Source of the DNA: Bacilli bacterium | GTDB taxonomy: Bacteria; Bacillota_I; Bacilli_A; RF39; UBA660 | Assembly (NCBI GenBank): GCA_030602345.1 | Contig: JAUVZX010000002.1 | Coordinates: 71,049-135,048 of the forward strand | DNA length: 64,000 nt | Direction of reading: 5' to 3' | Shown here: positions 10,591 through 20,108 of the stretch, in pieces | How positions within the stretch are numbered: position 1 is the first letter of the stretch | Layout: each line of letters begins with the position of its first letter | Notes under the pieces: model-generated | Told to the model about the DNA's origin: nothing | Databases searched by the model: none | What the model saw: the letters and a program-made list of their open reading frames with translations, nothing else | Made by a program: the position numbers and the translations under genes

Positions 10591-10781
10591 TGGTTAAAGT
10601 ATTATTATATTTGTTCTTTTTCGCAGTGTCGTTATGGATGGTTGAGAGCATAAAAATAGAACTTATCTTTAAAAAAAATAGATTATATCAAATGCAACTG
10701 CTCTATATATTCATAGCCATAACTTTTTCTTATATAGTAGTTAATTTTTTGTATGATTTTCATGTTTTAATAAATTCATAA
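10590..10781 (+). CDS. Small hydrophobic hypothetical protein
   Basis: 63-aa ORF with two predicted TM segments; it may not be expressed. Confidence 0.2.
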   Translation: MVKVLLYLFFFAVSLWMVESIKIELIFKKNRLYQMQLLYIFIAITFSYIVVNFLYDFHVLINS

Positions 10782-10814
10782 TATGTTATAATATTTTAGA
10801 AAAGGAGGACAAAT

Positions 10815-11804
10815 ATGTTTTCGAAAGATATTGGAATAGATTTAGGAACGGCAAACGTTTTAGTTTATATTAAAGGCCAAGGTGTTGTTTTAAATGAACC
10901 AAGTGTAGTTGCTATAGATAGTGAAACTAAAAAGCCGTTAGCGGTTGGTTCTGAAGCGCATGAAATGCTTGGAAGAACACCCGGAAGAGTAAAAGCAATA
11001 AAACCCATGAAAGATGGAGTTATTGCTGATTTTGAGATTACGGAAATTATGCTTAATTATTTTATTAGAAAAGTTAATGGAAAAAGTTGGTTTGCAAGAC
11101 CTAGAATTTTAATTTGTTGTCCTTCTAATATAACTCAAGTAGAAAAAAATGCGATTAAGGAAGCTGCCGAAAGAACAGGAGCAAGAAGAGTATTTCTTGA
11201 TGAAGAACCAAAGGTGGCGGCTATAGGAGCGGGCATGGATATTTCTAAACCAAGCGGGAATATGGTTATAGATATAGGTGGAGGAACAACCGATGTTGCT
11301 ATTCTATCTCTTGGTGGAATAGTTACAAGTGATTCGATTAAAGTTGCAGGTAATACTTTTGATAATGATATAGTTAAATTTGTAAAAGAAAAATACAAAC
11401 TATTAATTGGAGAAAGAACAGCTGAAGAAATTAAAGTAAATATCGGTTCTGTTTTCAAAGAATCTGCAAAAGAAAAAATGGAAGTTAGAGGCAGAGATTT
11501 AGTTACGGGGTTGCCTCATACAATTACCTTAACTTCAGATGAAGTAGAAGAGGCTCTTAGAGAAAGCATATATATAATAGTTAATGCCACTAAAAATGTT
11601 TTAGAACAAACACCGCCAGAACTAGCGGCAGATATAATCGATAAAGGCATAGTTTTAACGGGTGGAGGAGCTTTAATCAAGGGAATCGACCAATTACTGT
11701 CTTCAGAGTTAAAGGTCCCTGTATTTATAGCAGAAAACCCATTAACATGTGTTGCCGAGGGAACGGGAATACTATTAGAAAATTTGCATTTAATTGATAA
11801 ATAA
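10815..11804 (+). CDS. mreB: Rod shape-determining protein MreB/Mbl
   Basis: IGIDLGTANVLVY...DIGGGTTDVA... actin-fold motifs. Confidence 0.85.
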   Translation: MFSKDIGIDLGTANVLVYIKGQGVVLNEPSVVAIDSETKKPLAVGSEAHEMLGRTPGRVKAIKPMKDGVIADFEITEIMLNYFIRKVNGKSWFARPRILICCPSNITQVEKNAIKEAAERTGARRVFLDEEPKVAAIGAGMDISKPSGNMVIDIGGGTTDVAILSLGGIVTSDSIKVAGNTFDNDIVKFVKEKYKLLIGERTAEEIKVNIGSVFKESAKEKMEVRGRDLVTGLPHTITLTSDEVEEALRESIYIIVNATKNVLEQTPPELAADIIDKGIVLTGGGALIKGIDQLLSSELKVPVFIAENPLTCVAEGTGILLENLHLIDK

Positions 11805-11850
11805 AAACCTAATAAGGTTTTTTTATTTTGGACATTGATGTATAATAAGA

Positions 11851-12894
11851 ATGGTGATAAAATTGACAGATTTAGAATTAAGTCATATATTAATATTCAT
11901 ACTATCTTTTTTAATAGTATTTTTTATAACTCCATATATAATGAAAGTTGCAAAAAATATTGGGGCAATTGATATGCCTGAAAAAAGAAAAGTTCATAGT
12001 ATAGCAACTCCAAGACTCGGAGGATTAGGAATATTCTTAACCTTTTTAATCGTATCCTCTATTTTTTTAGAACCTAGTAGAGTTTTAAGTGGAATTTTAA
12101 TTAGTTCTACAGTAATTGTTCTATTAGGAATATTAGATGACATAAAATCATTAAAAGCCATTGACAAGTTTATAGGACAATTTATTGCAGCAAGCATATT
12201 AGTTTTACACGGTAATTTAATTATTAGTAACATTAATATTAATATGTTGTCGTTAAACATACAATTAGGAATTTTAGCAATTCCGTTAAGCATTATCTTT
12301 GTTGTTGCTATTATAAATGCAATTAACTTAATCGATGGACTAGATGGATTGTCATCAGGAATTGGAGCAATATTTTTTGCAACAATAATAATAATTTCAG
12401 TAATAAAAAACTACTATGGATTAGAAATGCAAATATCGTTGATATTTTTGGGATCATTATTAGCATTTTTAAAATATAATTTTAATCCCGCTAAGATCTT
12501 CCAAGGAGATACTGGTTCGATGTTAATGGGATTAATAATAGCATCAATCGCTATCATGGGGTTTAAATCAATTACAGCTAAAACAATGTTTGTTCCAGTG
12601 TTGATATTAGCAATCCCAATACTGGATACTATATTTGCAATTATTAGAAGAAAAAAGAATCATCAAAAAATATTTTCTTCAGACAAAAATCACATCCACC
12701 ATCAGATATTAAACTTTAGTAAGAATAATACTAAAAAAACTGTTATAATAATATACTTAGCAAACATATTCTTTTCAACAACATCAATTTTATACATATT
12801 AAACATGAATAACATAGCCAATAAAATGATGCTGTTAATGTTAGCAATAGTAATAATTTTTGTATATAAAACAAGTATTATATTCAAAAAATAG
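11851..12894 (+). CDS. Glycosyltransferase family 4 phospho-N-acetylhexosamine-1-P transferase (WecA/TagO-like, possibly MraY-like)
   Basis: N-terminal TM segment, then AKNIGAIDMPEKRKVH, ILDDIKSL and NAINLIDGLDGL motifs of the MraY/WecA superfamily. The start may be the TTG at 11863, which follows a GGTGAT Shine-Dalgarno. Confidence 0.65.
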   Translation: MVIKLTDLELSHILIFILSFLIVFFITPYIMKVAKNIGAIDMPEKRKVHSIATPRLGGLGIFLTFLIVSSIFLEPSRVLSGILISSTVIVLLGILDDIKSLKAIDKFIGQFIAASILVLHGNLIISNININMLSLNIQLGILAIPLSIIFVVAIINAINLIDGLDGLSSGIGAIFFATIIIISVIKNYYGLEMQISLIFLGSLLAFLKYNFNPAKIFQGDTGSMLMGLIIASIAIMGFKSITAKTMFVPVLILAIPILDTIFAIIRRKKNHQKIFSSDKNHIHHQILNFSKNNTKKTVIIIYLANIFFSTTSILYILNMNNIANKMMLLMLAIVIIFVYKTSIIFKK

Positions 12895-12903
12895 GAGGCA
12901 CTT

Positions 12904-14160
12904 ATGTATGAAAAATATAATGTTTATCTAAAATCTTTTAAAAAAGATAAAAATTCTTTTGACAAAAAAGAACAATACATAAAAGATTTAATAAATAAGA
13001 AAGAATTTACTTTAGAAAATCTAGAGGAAATTATTTTTCATGCTAAAGAAGAACTTGATAGTCAATACAACTTTTCATACAACTTTGAAATAGACAAAGA
13101 ACATTTTAGTGACAATAGTAAAGCGGTATATTCTTATAATATAATGACAAAAGAGCACAAAATAGTTATGAATATGCTTAATATTCTATCGGATAAAAAG
13201 GACAAAACCCCTTTAGAGATGATTGAAAGTTCTTTACAATCTTTTTATCATGAGTATAGACACATGATGCTAACACACATTACTCTAAATAAAAACAATT
13301 ATAGTTTAGATTTATTTCAAATAATCTTGGACAGATTAATTTTTGATTTATCAAGGGAAGTTAACAAAAAAAGAAGAGGAATAAACAATATAAAATATAA
13401 TATTGAAAACTTAGAACCAATAAATTATTATGAAGATATTTATGATGAGCACTTTGAAGAAAGAAAAAGTAAAATATTTGGTTTAGAAAAAACTATTGAA
13501 TTTTTAGAAACCAGAAATATCCAAGACAGTAATATAAAATATTTAAAATTAGATTTGGGAAAAGAAATTTCTAATGATGAAAATAATCATTTTTATAGTA
13601 AAAAAAATAAAAAAAATAGACTGGAATACGGCTTAGATTTATTAAAGAATAAAGTACCGGCAATAACAAAATATTTAGGACAGTACCCTATATTCTATTC
13701 TCAATACCTTTCATCACAAATGAAATTGCACGATTTAATTATTAAAAAATACGAAATTCTTTCAGATTTACTTGATGTATACGAAGAAGATAAAAATAAA
13801 GATCATATTTCATCTAAAATCTCATTTGAACAAAGAAAAAAAGATTTAGAAGAGTTATTTGACAACTTATATTTAATTGAGTATAAAAAAGACTATTGTA
13901 AAAAGCCAAAGTATTTAGGAAGATTGCGAGAAGAAATCGTTCCTTCTCTAGAACGTATTCACAAACAAAAGAAAACACAAAAAGTTAAGAATGAAATAGA
14001 TTTTTATAATTATAAAATACCAAATGAGACATTTCATTTAAATAAAAAACTACTAGAAGAAGACTACAAGAATTTTTTAAAACTTGAAAAAGAGACAATT
14101 GGATACATAAAGTTGTCAGACATATTAGAAAAACAAACAAAAATCAAAATAAACTTGTAA
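12904..14160 (+). CDS. Hypothetical protein (Lys/Glu-rich)
   Basis: 418-aa ORF with no recognisable motif. Confidence 0.35.
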   Translation: MYEKYNVYLKSFKKDKNSFDKKEQYIKDLINKKEFTLENLEEIIFHAKEELDSQYNFSYNFEIDKEHFSDNSKAVYSYNIMTKEHKIVMNMLNILSDKKDKTPLEMIESSLQSFYHEYRHMMLTHITLNKNNYSLDLFQIILDRLIFDLSREVNKKRRGINNIKYNIENLEPINYYEDIYDEHFEERKSKIFGLEKTIEFLETRNIQDSNIKYLKLDLGKEISNDENNHFYSKKNKKNRLEYGLDLLKNKVPAITKYLGQYPIFYSQYLSSQMKLHDLIIKKYEILSDLLDVYEEDKNKDHISSKISFEQRKKDLEELFDNLYLIEYKKDYCKKPKYLGRLREEIVPSLERIHKQKKTQKVKNEIDFYNYKIPNETFHLNKKLLEEDYKNFLKLEKETIGYIKLSDILEKQTKIKINL

Positions 14161-14262
14161 AAACTTTAAAAGTATGATAAAGTATTAATGGTTTAAAAAA
14201 TTATTTTGTTCCCGACCAAAAGACCTAATAACTATTAAATCAAATATATAAGGAGGAACAAA

Positions 14263-14460
14263 ATGAAAGAATATAACGATATTACTTTAGTTTGTCAAGA
14301 AACAGGTGTTGAATTTGTTTGGACAGCTGGAGAACAAAAGTTCTATGACGAAAAAGGGTTAACAAATCAACCTAAATATTGTCCAGAAGTTCGTGCAAGA
14401 AGAAAAGCTGCTAGAGATAACAGAAACTTCAGAAACAACAGAAACGACAACAGAAACTAA
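14263..14460 (+). CDS. Small zinc-ribbon (zf-trcl-like) protein with C-terminal RN repeats
   Basis: LVCQETGVEFVWTAGEQKFYDEKGLTNQPKYCPEVRARRKAAR resembles the probable zinc-ribbon (zf-trcl) family, but the first Cys pair is degenerate. The tail is RDNRNFRNNRNDNRN. Confidence 0.45.
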   Translation: MKEYNDITLVCQETGVEFVWTAGEQKFYDEKGLTNQPKYCPEVRARRKAARDNRNFRNNRNDNRN

Positions 14461-14510
14461 TAACAGAAATGTTATAAAAAAGTAATATGAAAGTATTACT
14501 TTTCTATTAT

Positions 14511-14587
14511 GGCGATTATGGTGAAGTGGTTAACACGGTAGATTGTGGTTCTATTATGCGTGGGTTCGATCCCCACTAGTCGCCCCA
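14511..14587 (+). tRNA. tRNA-His (anticodon GTG), with G-1 and encoded CCA
   Basis: Folded by hand. Acceptor GCGATTA pairs with TAGTCGC (one G-U), there is an extra 5' G (G-1) opposite discriminator C73, the T-arm is GTGGG-TTCGATC-CCCAC, and the anticodon stem GTAGA/TCTAT carries loop TTGTGGT with anticodon GTG. Confidence 0.85.
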
Positions 14588-14629
14588 TATTTAGGGTAAT
14601 AAAACCTTTTGGTTTTTATTGATATAAAA

Positions 14630-14668
14630 AACCTAGGATTTCCAATAGGAATCTAGGTTTTTTTGTCG
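14630..14668 (+). terminator. Rho-independent terminator after tRNA-His
   Basis: Imperfect palindrome CCTAGGATTTCCAATAGGAATCTAGG followed by T7. Confidence 0.55.
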
Positions 14669-14691
14669 TTTAAAAAGAAAGGTTTGATTAT

Positions 14692-14991
14692 ATGAAATTT
14701 GAAAAAGAAAAATTACCATTAAATAATAACTTATATAATAAGCTAAATAATATATGTAATTTTAGCAATATAAGGTTAGAAGTTGTTAATGGATTGATAT
14801 TTAAGGCTAAAGATATGAATATTAGTTTTATCGAGCCTCATAGATTTGTAATAGTTGTTAATGATATTAAATTAGTATTATTATGCTATGACAATTTAAA
14901 CTTATATTTATATGAAAAAGATAAACCAATAAATATACCGATATTAAAAGAAATAATTGATGGCATTAAAGGAGGAATATATAATGGCTAA
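14692..14991 (+). CDS. Hypothetical protein
   Basis: 99-aa ORF overlapping the start of the Rep-like gene; no motif. Confidence 0.3.
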   Translation: MKFEKEKLPLNNNLYNKLNNICNFSNIRLEVVNGLIFKAKDMNISFIEPHRFVIVVNDIKLVLLCYDNLNLYLYEKDKPINIPILKEIIDGIKGGIYNG

Positions 14992-15823
14992 GAAAAAATT
15001 AGGTATAGGAAATATTGAAATAAACAAAAAGTTCAAAGATAAAGAAGAAGCATATAGATATGCTAAAAGATTAATTGAAAAAATTAGATGTGTCTGCAAC
15101 GATAAAGCCGATAAAGGTTGGTATGCTCAAGCTATGGTAGTATGTAGCAACTTAAAAAAGGATGTAAGCACATTGAGATACGAAATAACGGATAAAAGAG
15201 GTAGGCCAAGGAAGAAACACGATATTAATAATATTATTGCTAATGGCTGGTATAAAGGGGATTATAAGACGGATTGGCATTTACATATATTATTAGTAAG
15301 TAAACCAAGTTATATGTTTAGAAATATAATAAAGAGTTATATAGATAAAAACTGGAACGAAGTGCCTAATGCATATGAAGTTGAGCCTTTTGATATAAAA
15401 AAATTAAATGTGGAAAAGACATATAAGAAAAAATGTAATATTACAATGGCAGATTATTTTATATGGCAATGCGATGAAGTGCTTTTCTATAATAGTAAAT
15501 TTGGCGAGGAAGGAGAATTAAAATATAGTTTAAAGGAATACTATAGAGAATATTTAAAATTAGATAGTGCTAAAAGAAGATTATATAGACAACATAGATT
15601 AAATCCAATGAGTGAAGAAAATTATTTAGAGAAAGAAAAAAAGATAGAAAGTAAATTTAAAGAAATAGAAGCTTACTTTTTAAATATAACCGAAGAGCAA
15701 GATAAAAAAGAGGTGGATGAATTTATGAGAAAAGCAAGAATAAATAAAATAATTGAGAGTAAGGAAAATAATAAAGTACAGAGTATTAGAAGAAACAGAA
15801 AAGATGAATATAGTTTGTTTTAA
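14984..15823 (+). CDS. Putative HUH-motif Rep-like protein (rolling-circle replication initiator / Rep_2-like)
   Basis: AGGAGG RBS before the ATG at 14984. The HUH-like block DWHLHILLVSKPS resembles pMV158 RepB KAHYHVLYIAKNP, and iterons lie directly downstream. The assignment is tentative. Confidence 0.35.
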   Translation: MAKKKLGIGNIEINKKFKDKEEAYRYAKRLIEKIRCVCNDKADKGWYAQAMVVCSNLKKDVSTLRYEITDKRGRPRKKHDINNIIANGWYKGDYKTDWHLHILLVSKPSYMFRNIIKSYIDKNWNEVPNAYEVEPFDIKKLNVEKTYKKKCNITMADYFIWQCDEVLFYNSKFGEEGELKYSLKEYYREYLKLDSAKRRLYRQHRLNPMSEENYLEKEKKIESKFKEIEAYFLNITEEQDKKEVDEFMRKARINKIIESKENNKVQSIRRNRKDEYSLF

Positions 15824-15889
15824 AGAAAAAAGCATATATATATGTAGTTAATATATTATCATATAATATACACAATAAAATATATAAAA

Positions 15890-16000
15890 ATCGTATAAAG
15901 AATTATATATAGAAAGTATAAAGACTTATATAAATTTTTATTGTTAAATGTATAAAGTTAATATGATTACTGTATAAAAAATGGCAAAAATCTTTATACA
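15890..16000. repeat. Iteron-like direct repeats GTATAAAG (4 direct copies plus 1 inverted)
   Basis: GTATAAAG at 15893, 15916 and 15950; GTATAAAA at 15972; the inverted copy CTTTATAC at 15992. Spacings are 22-34 bp, in an AT-rich region after the Rep-like gene. Confidence 0.5.
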
Positions 16001-16107
16001 TATCTAAATATGTGTTTCCTATAAATAAAGGGAATTTTAAGATTTTATTAGGAGTACTGTATATACTATTTCGGAAATTACAATAAAAAAGCATTAAAAA
16101 AAGAAAA

Positions 16108-16317
16108 TTACTTTTCTTTATTTTCTATTTTTATTAATTCGTTAGGAGTACAATTCAATAATCTACAAAATTCCTCCAAATATTTAAATGAAATTAATGA
16201 GGTTTCTCCTCTAATAATTCTATTCATATTTCTTGATGTTACATTCATATTTTGGCATAGCCAATATTTACTTTTATTATTTTTCTTTAATAGTTCTTCT
16301 ATATTTAATTTTATCAT
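16108..16317 (-). CDS. XRE-family helix-turn-helix transcriptional regulator
   Basis: MIKLNIEELLKKNNKSKYWLCQNMNVTSRNMNRIIRGETSLISFKYLEEFCRLLNCTPNELI is an XRE HTH. It is divergent from the downstream membrane-protein gene. Confidence 0.6.
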   Translation of the reverse strand: MIKLNIEELLKKNNKSKYWLCQNMNVTSRNMNRIIRGETSLISFKYLEEFCRLLNCTPNELIKIENKEK

Positions 16318-16425
16318 TTCTATCACCAAGTTAATTGTATAAAATATGATAAATATAAATAAGATACTTGCATTACCCACATTAATTATAATATAATGGT
16401 ATTGTATATGTGGAAGGAGATATTT

Positions 16426-17010
16426 ATGATAGTATTTGACATATTAGTTTATTTAATTATGGCAGGGATATTCGCATTGCCAATATATTTGATAGTTAAG
16501 AAAAGGGCGAAAAAAGGGAAAGTATTAAATGAAAATGGTAATTCTAAAGAAATAGTAAAGAAAGAAAAAGCATACGACAAGATAGATATGACACATATCG
16601 CTGGAATAGATAATATTCAAAAGACACAAGACTGTAAAGTTATCTTATATGCAGATAAAATAAATATTTATTTTACTAAGAATATGGAATTCAATGTTAA
16701 GAGTGAAAATATAAAAGGTATGAGTATCATATTAGCTAAGGATTTATTAGAAAAGAAAAAAAGTCCAGTTCTTCGCGGTATAGTTGGTAATGTTATAGCT
16801 GGTCCTGGTGGTTTAATATTAGGTGGAATGTCGGGTTTAAATAAAGGTAGTAAAAGCGAATATGTATTAATTATTAATTACTTATCAAAAAATGAAGAAG
16901 AAAAATCTTTAGTATTTGGAATTAAGTATGGAAAAGTATTAGCAGAAAACTTTATTAAGAAATTTGAAAATATAAATAACAAAAGCATGAAAATTGATGT
17001 AGAATTATAA
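16426..17010 (+). CDS. Hypothetical membrane-anchored protein with a Gly-rich segment
   Basis: N-terminal TM segment (MIVFDILVYLIMAGIFALPIYLIV), a Gly-rich stretch GIVGNVIAGPGGLILGGMSGL, and a GGAAGGAG RBS. It is divergent from the XRE gene. Confidence 0.35.
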   Translation: MIVFDILVYLIMAGIFALPIYLIVKKRAKKGKVLNENGNSKEIVKKEKAYDKIDMTHIAGIDNIQKTQDCKVILYADKINIYFTKNMEFNVKSENIKGMSIILAKDLLEKKKSPVLRGIVGNVIAGPGGLILGGMSGLNKGSKSEYVLIINYLSKNEEEKSLVFGIKYGKVLAENFIKKFENINNKSMKIDVEL

Positions 17011-17258
17011 GTCTAATACCTTTATTAGGCTTTTTTAATGCAAATGATGGCTTATTTGCTATAAATGAAGCTGTATTTAAAGAGTTATAATAATATTAAA
17101 TAAAATATATATGGAAAAGTATTTGAATGCTTAAAAGCCGATTTTATGGCTAAAAGCTCGATTTGCAATTTTCTCCAAAAAATTATATAATAAACTCAAT
17201 CGCAACTATTGCAAAAAAACAAGAAAATTGATATACTTAATAGGTAGGAGAAGATAAT

Positions 17259-18482
17259 ATGGCAAAACAAAGAAAATATAATGTAGTATCCTTATTTTCT
17301 GGTGCAGGGGGAATGGACTTAGGATTTAAAAATAAAGGATTTAACATAGTATGGGCAAATGATTTTTTCCAAGAGGCAGTTGATACATATAAAAAAAATA
17401 TTGGTGATCATATTGTTTTTGGAGATATAACAAAAATAAAGAGTGATGAAATACCTAATGATGTAGATGTTGTAATTGGTGGATTTCCTTGCCAAGGATT
17501 TTCTGTCGCTAATACAAAAAGAAGTATGAAAGACGAAAGAAATTTTTTGTATAAAGAAATGTTGAGAATAATAAAAGACAAGCAACCTAAGTTTTTTGTT
17601 GCAGAAAATGTAAAAGGATTGCTTTCCATGGAAAAAGGCAAAGTAATCAAAATGATAAAAAAAGATTTTGAATCTTTGGGATACAAAGTAGATGCAAGAT
17701 TGTTAAATGCTGCAGAATATGGTGTGCCTCAAGCAAGAGAAAGAGTAGTTATTATAGGTAATAAGTTGGGATTAGAAAATGTTTATCCTAAAATTACGCA
17801 TTGGGTTGATAGTAAAAAATATGAGTCTAAGAAAGAATTAAAGAAACCAAATACAGTTGAAAAAGCAATAAGTTTTTTATCAGATGTTAATGTCAGCTAT
17901 AATCCTATTAATTTAAATGGAGAGATTATATATAATCATATTGCTTCAACAAATGTATATGATAAATTTTGGGGGCGAAAATATAAAGTCAATCAAGCCG
18001 ATATATGTGATTATTTAAAAGAGTGGAGAAAAAAATCTGGTTGGTCAACAATGAGAGTTGATGAGCATTTTGGTTATAGGCATACAGCTGGACACTGGTT
18101 TAGAAAAGATAATGGGTCGGGGAGCATTCCAAAACCTAGTGATTGGTGGGAATTAAAAAAAATATTAGGATTTGACGATAAGTATGATAAAAAAGTAACT
18201 ACAATGGAAGAAAAAGAAATAAAATTTGAACAGTCATTAAGAATTACAAATTGGGATAGGCCTAGTGATACTATAACAGCAACTGGACCCGAAATACACG
18301 TTAATAAAGAGAGACGCCTTAGCGTAAGAGAATGTGCAATTTTACAGACGTTTCCTAATGATTTTATTTTTACTGGTAGTATAAATAAAATGTATAAACA
18401 AATAGGTAATGCAGTTCCAGTTTTATTAGCAGAAAAGATAGCAAATGAAATATTAAACCAATTAAAAGAGGAGGCTAATTAA
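17259..18482 (+). CDS. DNA (cytosine-5)-methyltransferase
   Basis: C5-MTase motifs: I FSGAGGMDLGF, IV GFPCQGFS, VI ENVKGL, X QIGNAVPV. Confidence 0.9.
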   Translation: MAKQRKYNVVSLFSGAGGMDLGFKNKGFNIVWANDFFQEAVDTYKKNIGDHIVFGDITKIKSDEIPNDVDVVIGGFPCQGFSVANTKRSMKDERNFLYKEMLRIIKDKQPKFFVAENVKGLLSMEKGKVIKMIKKDFESLGYKVDARLLNAAEYGVPQARERVVIIGNKLGLENVYPKITHWVDSKKYESKKELKKPNTVEKAISFLSDVNVSYNPINLNGEIIYNHIASTNVYDKFWGRKYKVNQADICDYLKEWRKKSGWSTMRVDEHFGYRHTAGHWFRKDNGSGSIPKPSDWWELKKILGFDDKYDKKVTTMEEKEIKFEQSLRITNWDRPSDTITATGPEIHVNKERRLSVRECAILQTFPNDFIFTGSINKMYKQIGNAVPVLLAEKIANEILNQLKEEAN

Positions 18483-18493
18483 TAGCTCCTCTT

Positions 18494-19492
18494 TTATAAA
18501 ACCTCGTAATATTTTCTTTGTCCGCTCCAATAAACGTTTTTAGAATCGTATCTTTTTTCAAGCCATGCATCGTTATAACGTCCAGTATCTCCGCTTTTTA
18601 CAGCTTCTAAAAATATCTCTTGATGGTTTCCTTTTTTTCTTTTAACAGTAAACCATCCAATTTCTTTGTTAGAATCAAAATATCCTAGTTTAGAACGACC
18701 TTCGATTCTTTGCCAATCGCTAGGAATATATACAGCGTTTTCTATTTTTTTATACATATTTTCTTTATTTAAATTTGAGTATTCAATTTCGTCGGTTATA
18801 TATTTTGGCTTAAAATATTCGCCATGTGATTTATTATAATAAATATAATTTTTGAAATTTGTAAATAGGTTGTTTTCAAAAAGATTACTTAGAAGACCGT
18901 TTGGCAAACAAGTTAGAATTAATGTTGGTGTTTTAGAGTCATTGCAAATGCTGAAAGCCCCTTTTCCACTATCTGCATAAACTATTTTTATTAAATAAGT
19001 TAATAATGGTTTGTTTGTCCTAGAATCCATAGCTCTTAAGTTTGATTGGATTTTAAATCCTGGGAATGGTGGAAAAGCATCAACATTGTCATTAAGAAAA
19101 GAAGTTTGATTATGTTCAAATTGTGTTGTTTTTATTTCTCCGCCATTACCTACTTTATCAATTGTTTTAACATCTACATTTAAAATTATATCATCCAGCT
19201 CAATTGCTATATCACTGCTTATAGGTGCCGAAAAGAAAGATTTTGTTTGAAAGTTATTATATAAATAGTATCTTAATAATCTCTCAGAAGCTTCCTTTAT
19301 CTTGTTTTTCTTACCCCATATTTCTTGTAATATTGGATAATATTCTCTTGTTTCTGCTTCAATATTTTTTAAGTCATCCAAGAATTCTTTTGAATTAATT
19401 ATCTTTTCCAATTTATCCATATATTTTTTTTCTAAATCTAAAATAGAATTTTGAATAATTGATGGCTTTATTTCTAAACTTTGATATGCCAT
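18494..19492 (-). CDS. Putative Type II restriction endonuclease (uncharacterised family)
   Basis: 332-aa ORF convergent with the C5-MTase and 11 bp from its stop. The possible PD-(D/E)xK-like segment SDIAIELDDIILNVDVKT is the only motif. The assignment rests on context. Confidence 0.4.
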   Translation of the reverse strand: MAYQSLEIKPSIIQNSILDLEKKYMDKLEKIINSKEFLDDLKNIEAETREYYPILQEIWGKKNKIKEASERLLRYYLYNNFQTKSFFSAPISSDIAIELDDIILNVDVKTIDKVGNGGEIKTTQFEHNQTSFLNDNVDAFPPFPGFKIQSNLRAMDSRTNKPLLTYLIKIVYADSGKGAFSICNDSKTPTLILTCLPNGLLSNLFENNLFTNFKNYIYYNKSHGEYFKPKYITDEIEYSNLNKENMYKKIENAVYIPSDWQRIEGRSKLGYFDSNKEIGWFTVKRKKGNHQEIFLEAVKSGDTGRYNDAWLEKRYDSKNVYWSGQRKYYEVL

Positions 19493-19607
19493 GTTATCAC
19501 CTCTTAATACATTATATCATTTAAATTCTATTTTTTGTTAATTTGGAATGCAATAAAGTTGGTTGAGAAGAAATAATAAAAAATATATAATTAATTTGGG
19601 TGGTAGA

Positions 19608-20108
19608 ATGAGTAAGTTAAATATATTATATGGTAATATATTTGATTATTTAGATGGGATGGATGCCATTGTTAATTCAAATAATCAATATATGATTTGT
19701 GGTAGTGGAGTTTGTGGGCAAATATATAGAAGAGCAAGTAAAGAAAAATTAGAAGAATACTGTAAAAATAATTTTAATGAAAATATGAAAGTTAATGAGG
19801 TTAGGATAACTTCAGGATTTAATTTAGAATTAGATATAATCCATATATATTGTCCCAAAGCTTATGAGAGTAAAGAGCCCTTAAAAGAACTGTTAGAAAG
19901 CTATGAAAACATATTTAAAGTTGCTAAAGAGGGTGGATATAAAAATATAATATCGCCTATTTTAGGGACGGGGATACACGGTTATAAAGAAAAAGAAGTT
20001 ATTAAAGAAGTATTAAGAAAACTAAAAAAGTTAGCAAAAAATTACAAAATAAATTTTTATTTAATTATATTTAAGAAGGAGAAAACGAATGGAAAAAATA
20101 GTTTTTAA
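19608..20108 (+). CDS. Macro-domain protein (ADP-ribose binding / deacylase-like)
   Basis: ILYGNIFD..DAIVNSNNQYMICGSGVCGQIYRRA...ITSGFNL...IIHIYCP..and..NIISPILGTGIHGY match the canonical macro-domain blocks. Confidence 0.7.
   Translation: MSKLNILYGNIFDYLDGMDAIVNSNNQYMICGSGVCGQIYRRASKEKLEEYCKNNFNENMKVNEVRITSGFNLELDIIHIYCPKAYESKEPLKELLESYENIFKVAKEGGYKNIISPILGTGIHGYKEKEVIKEVLRKLKKLAKNYKINFYLIIFKKEKTNGKNSF

Noticed and set aside
17140-17230. Palindromic TTGCAAT / ATTGCAA half-sites in the MTase promoter as a controller C-box
   Set aside because: No C-protein gene is present and the half-sites are about 35 bp apart. I noted them under the RM finding but did not call them a feature.
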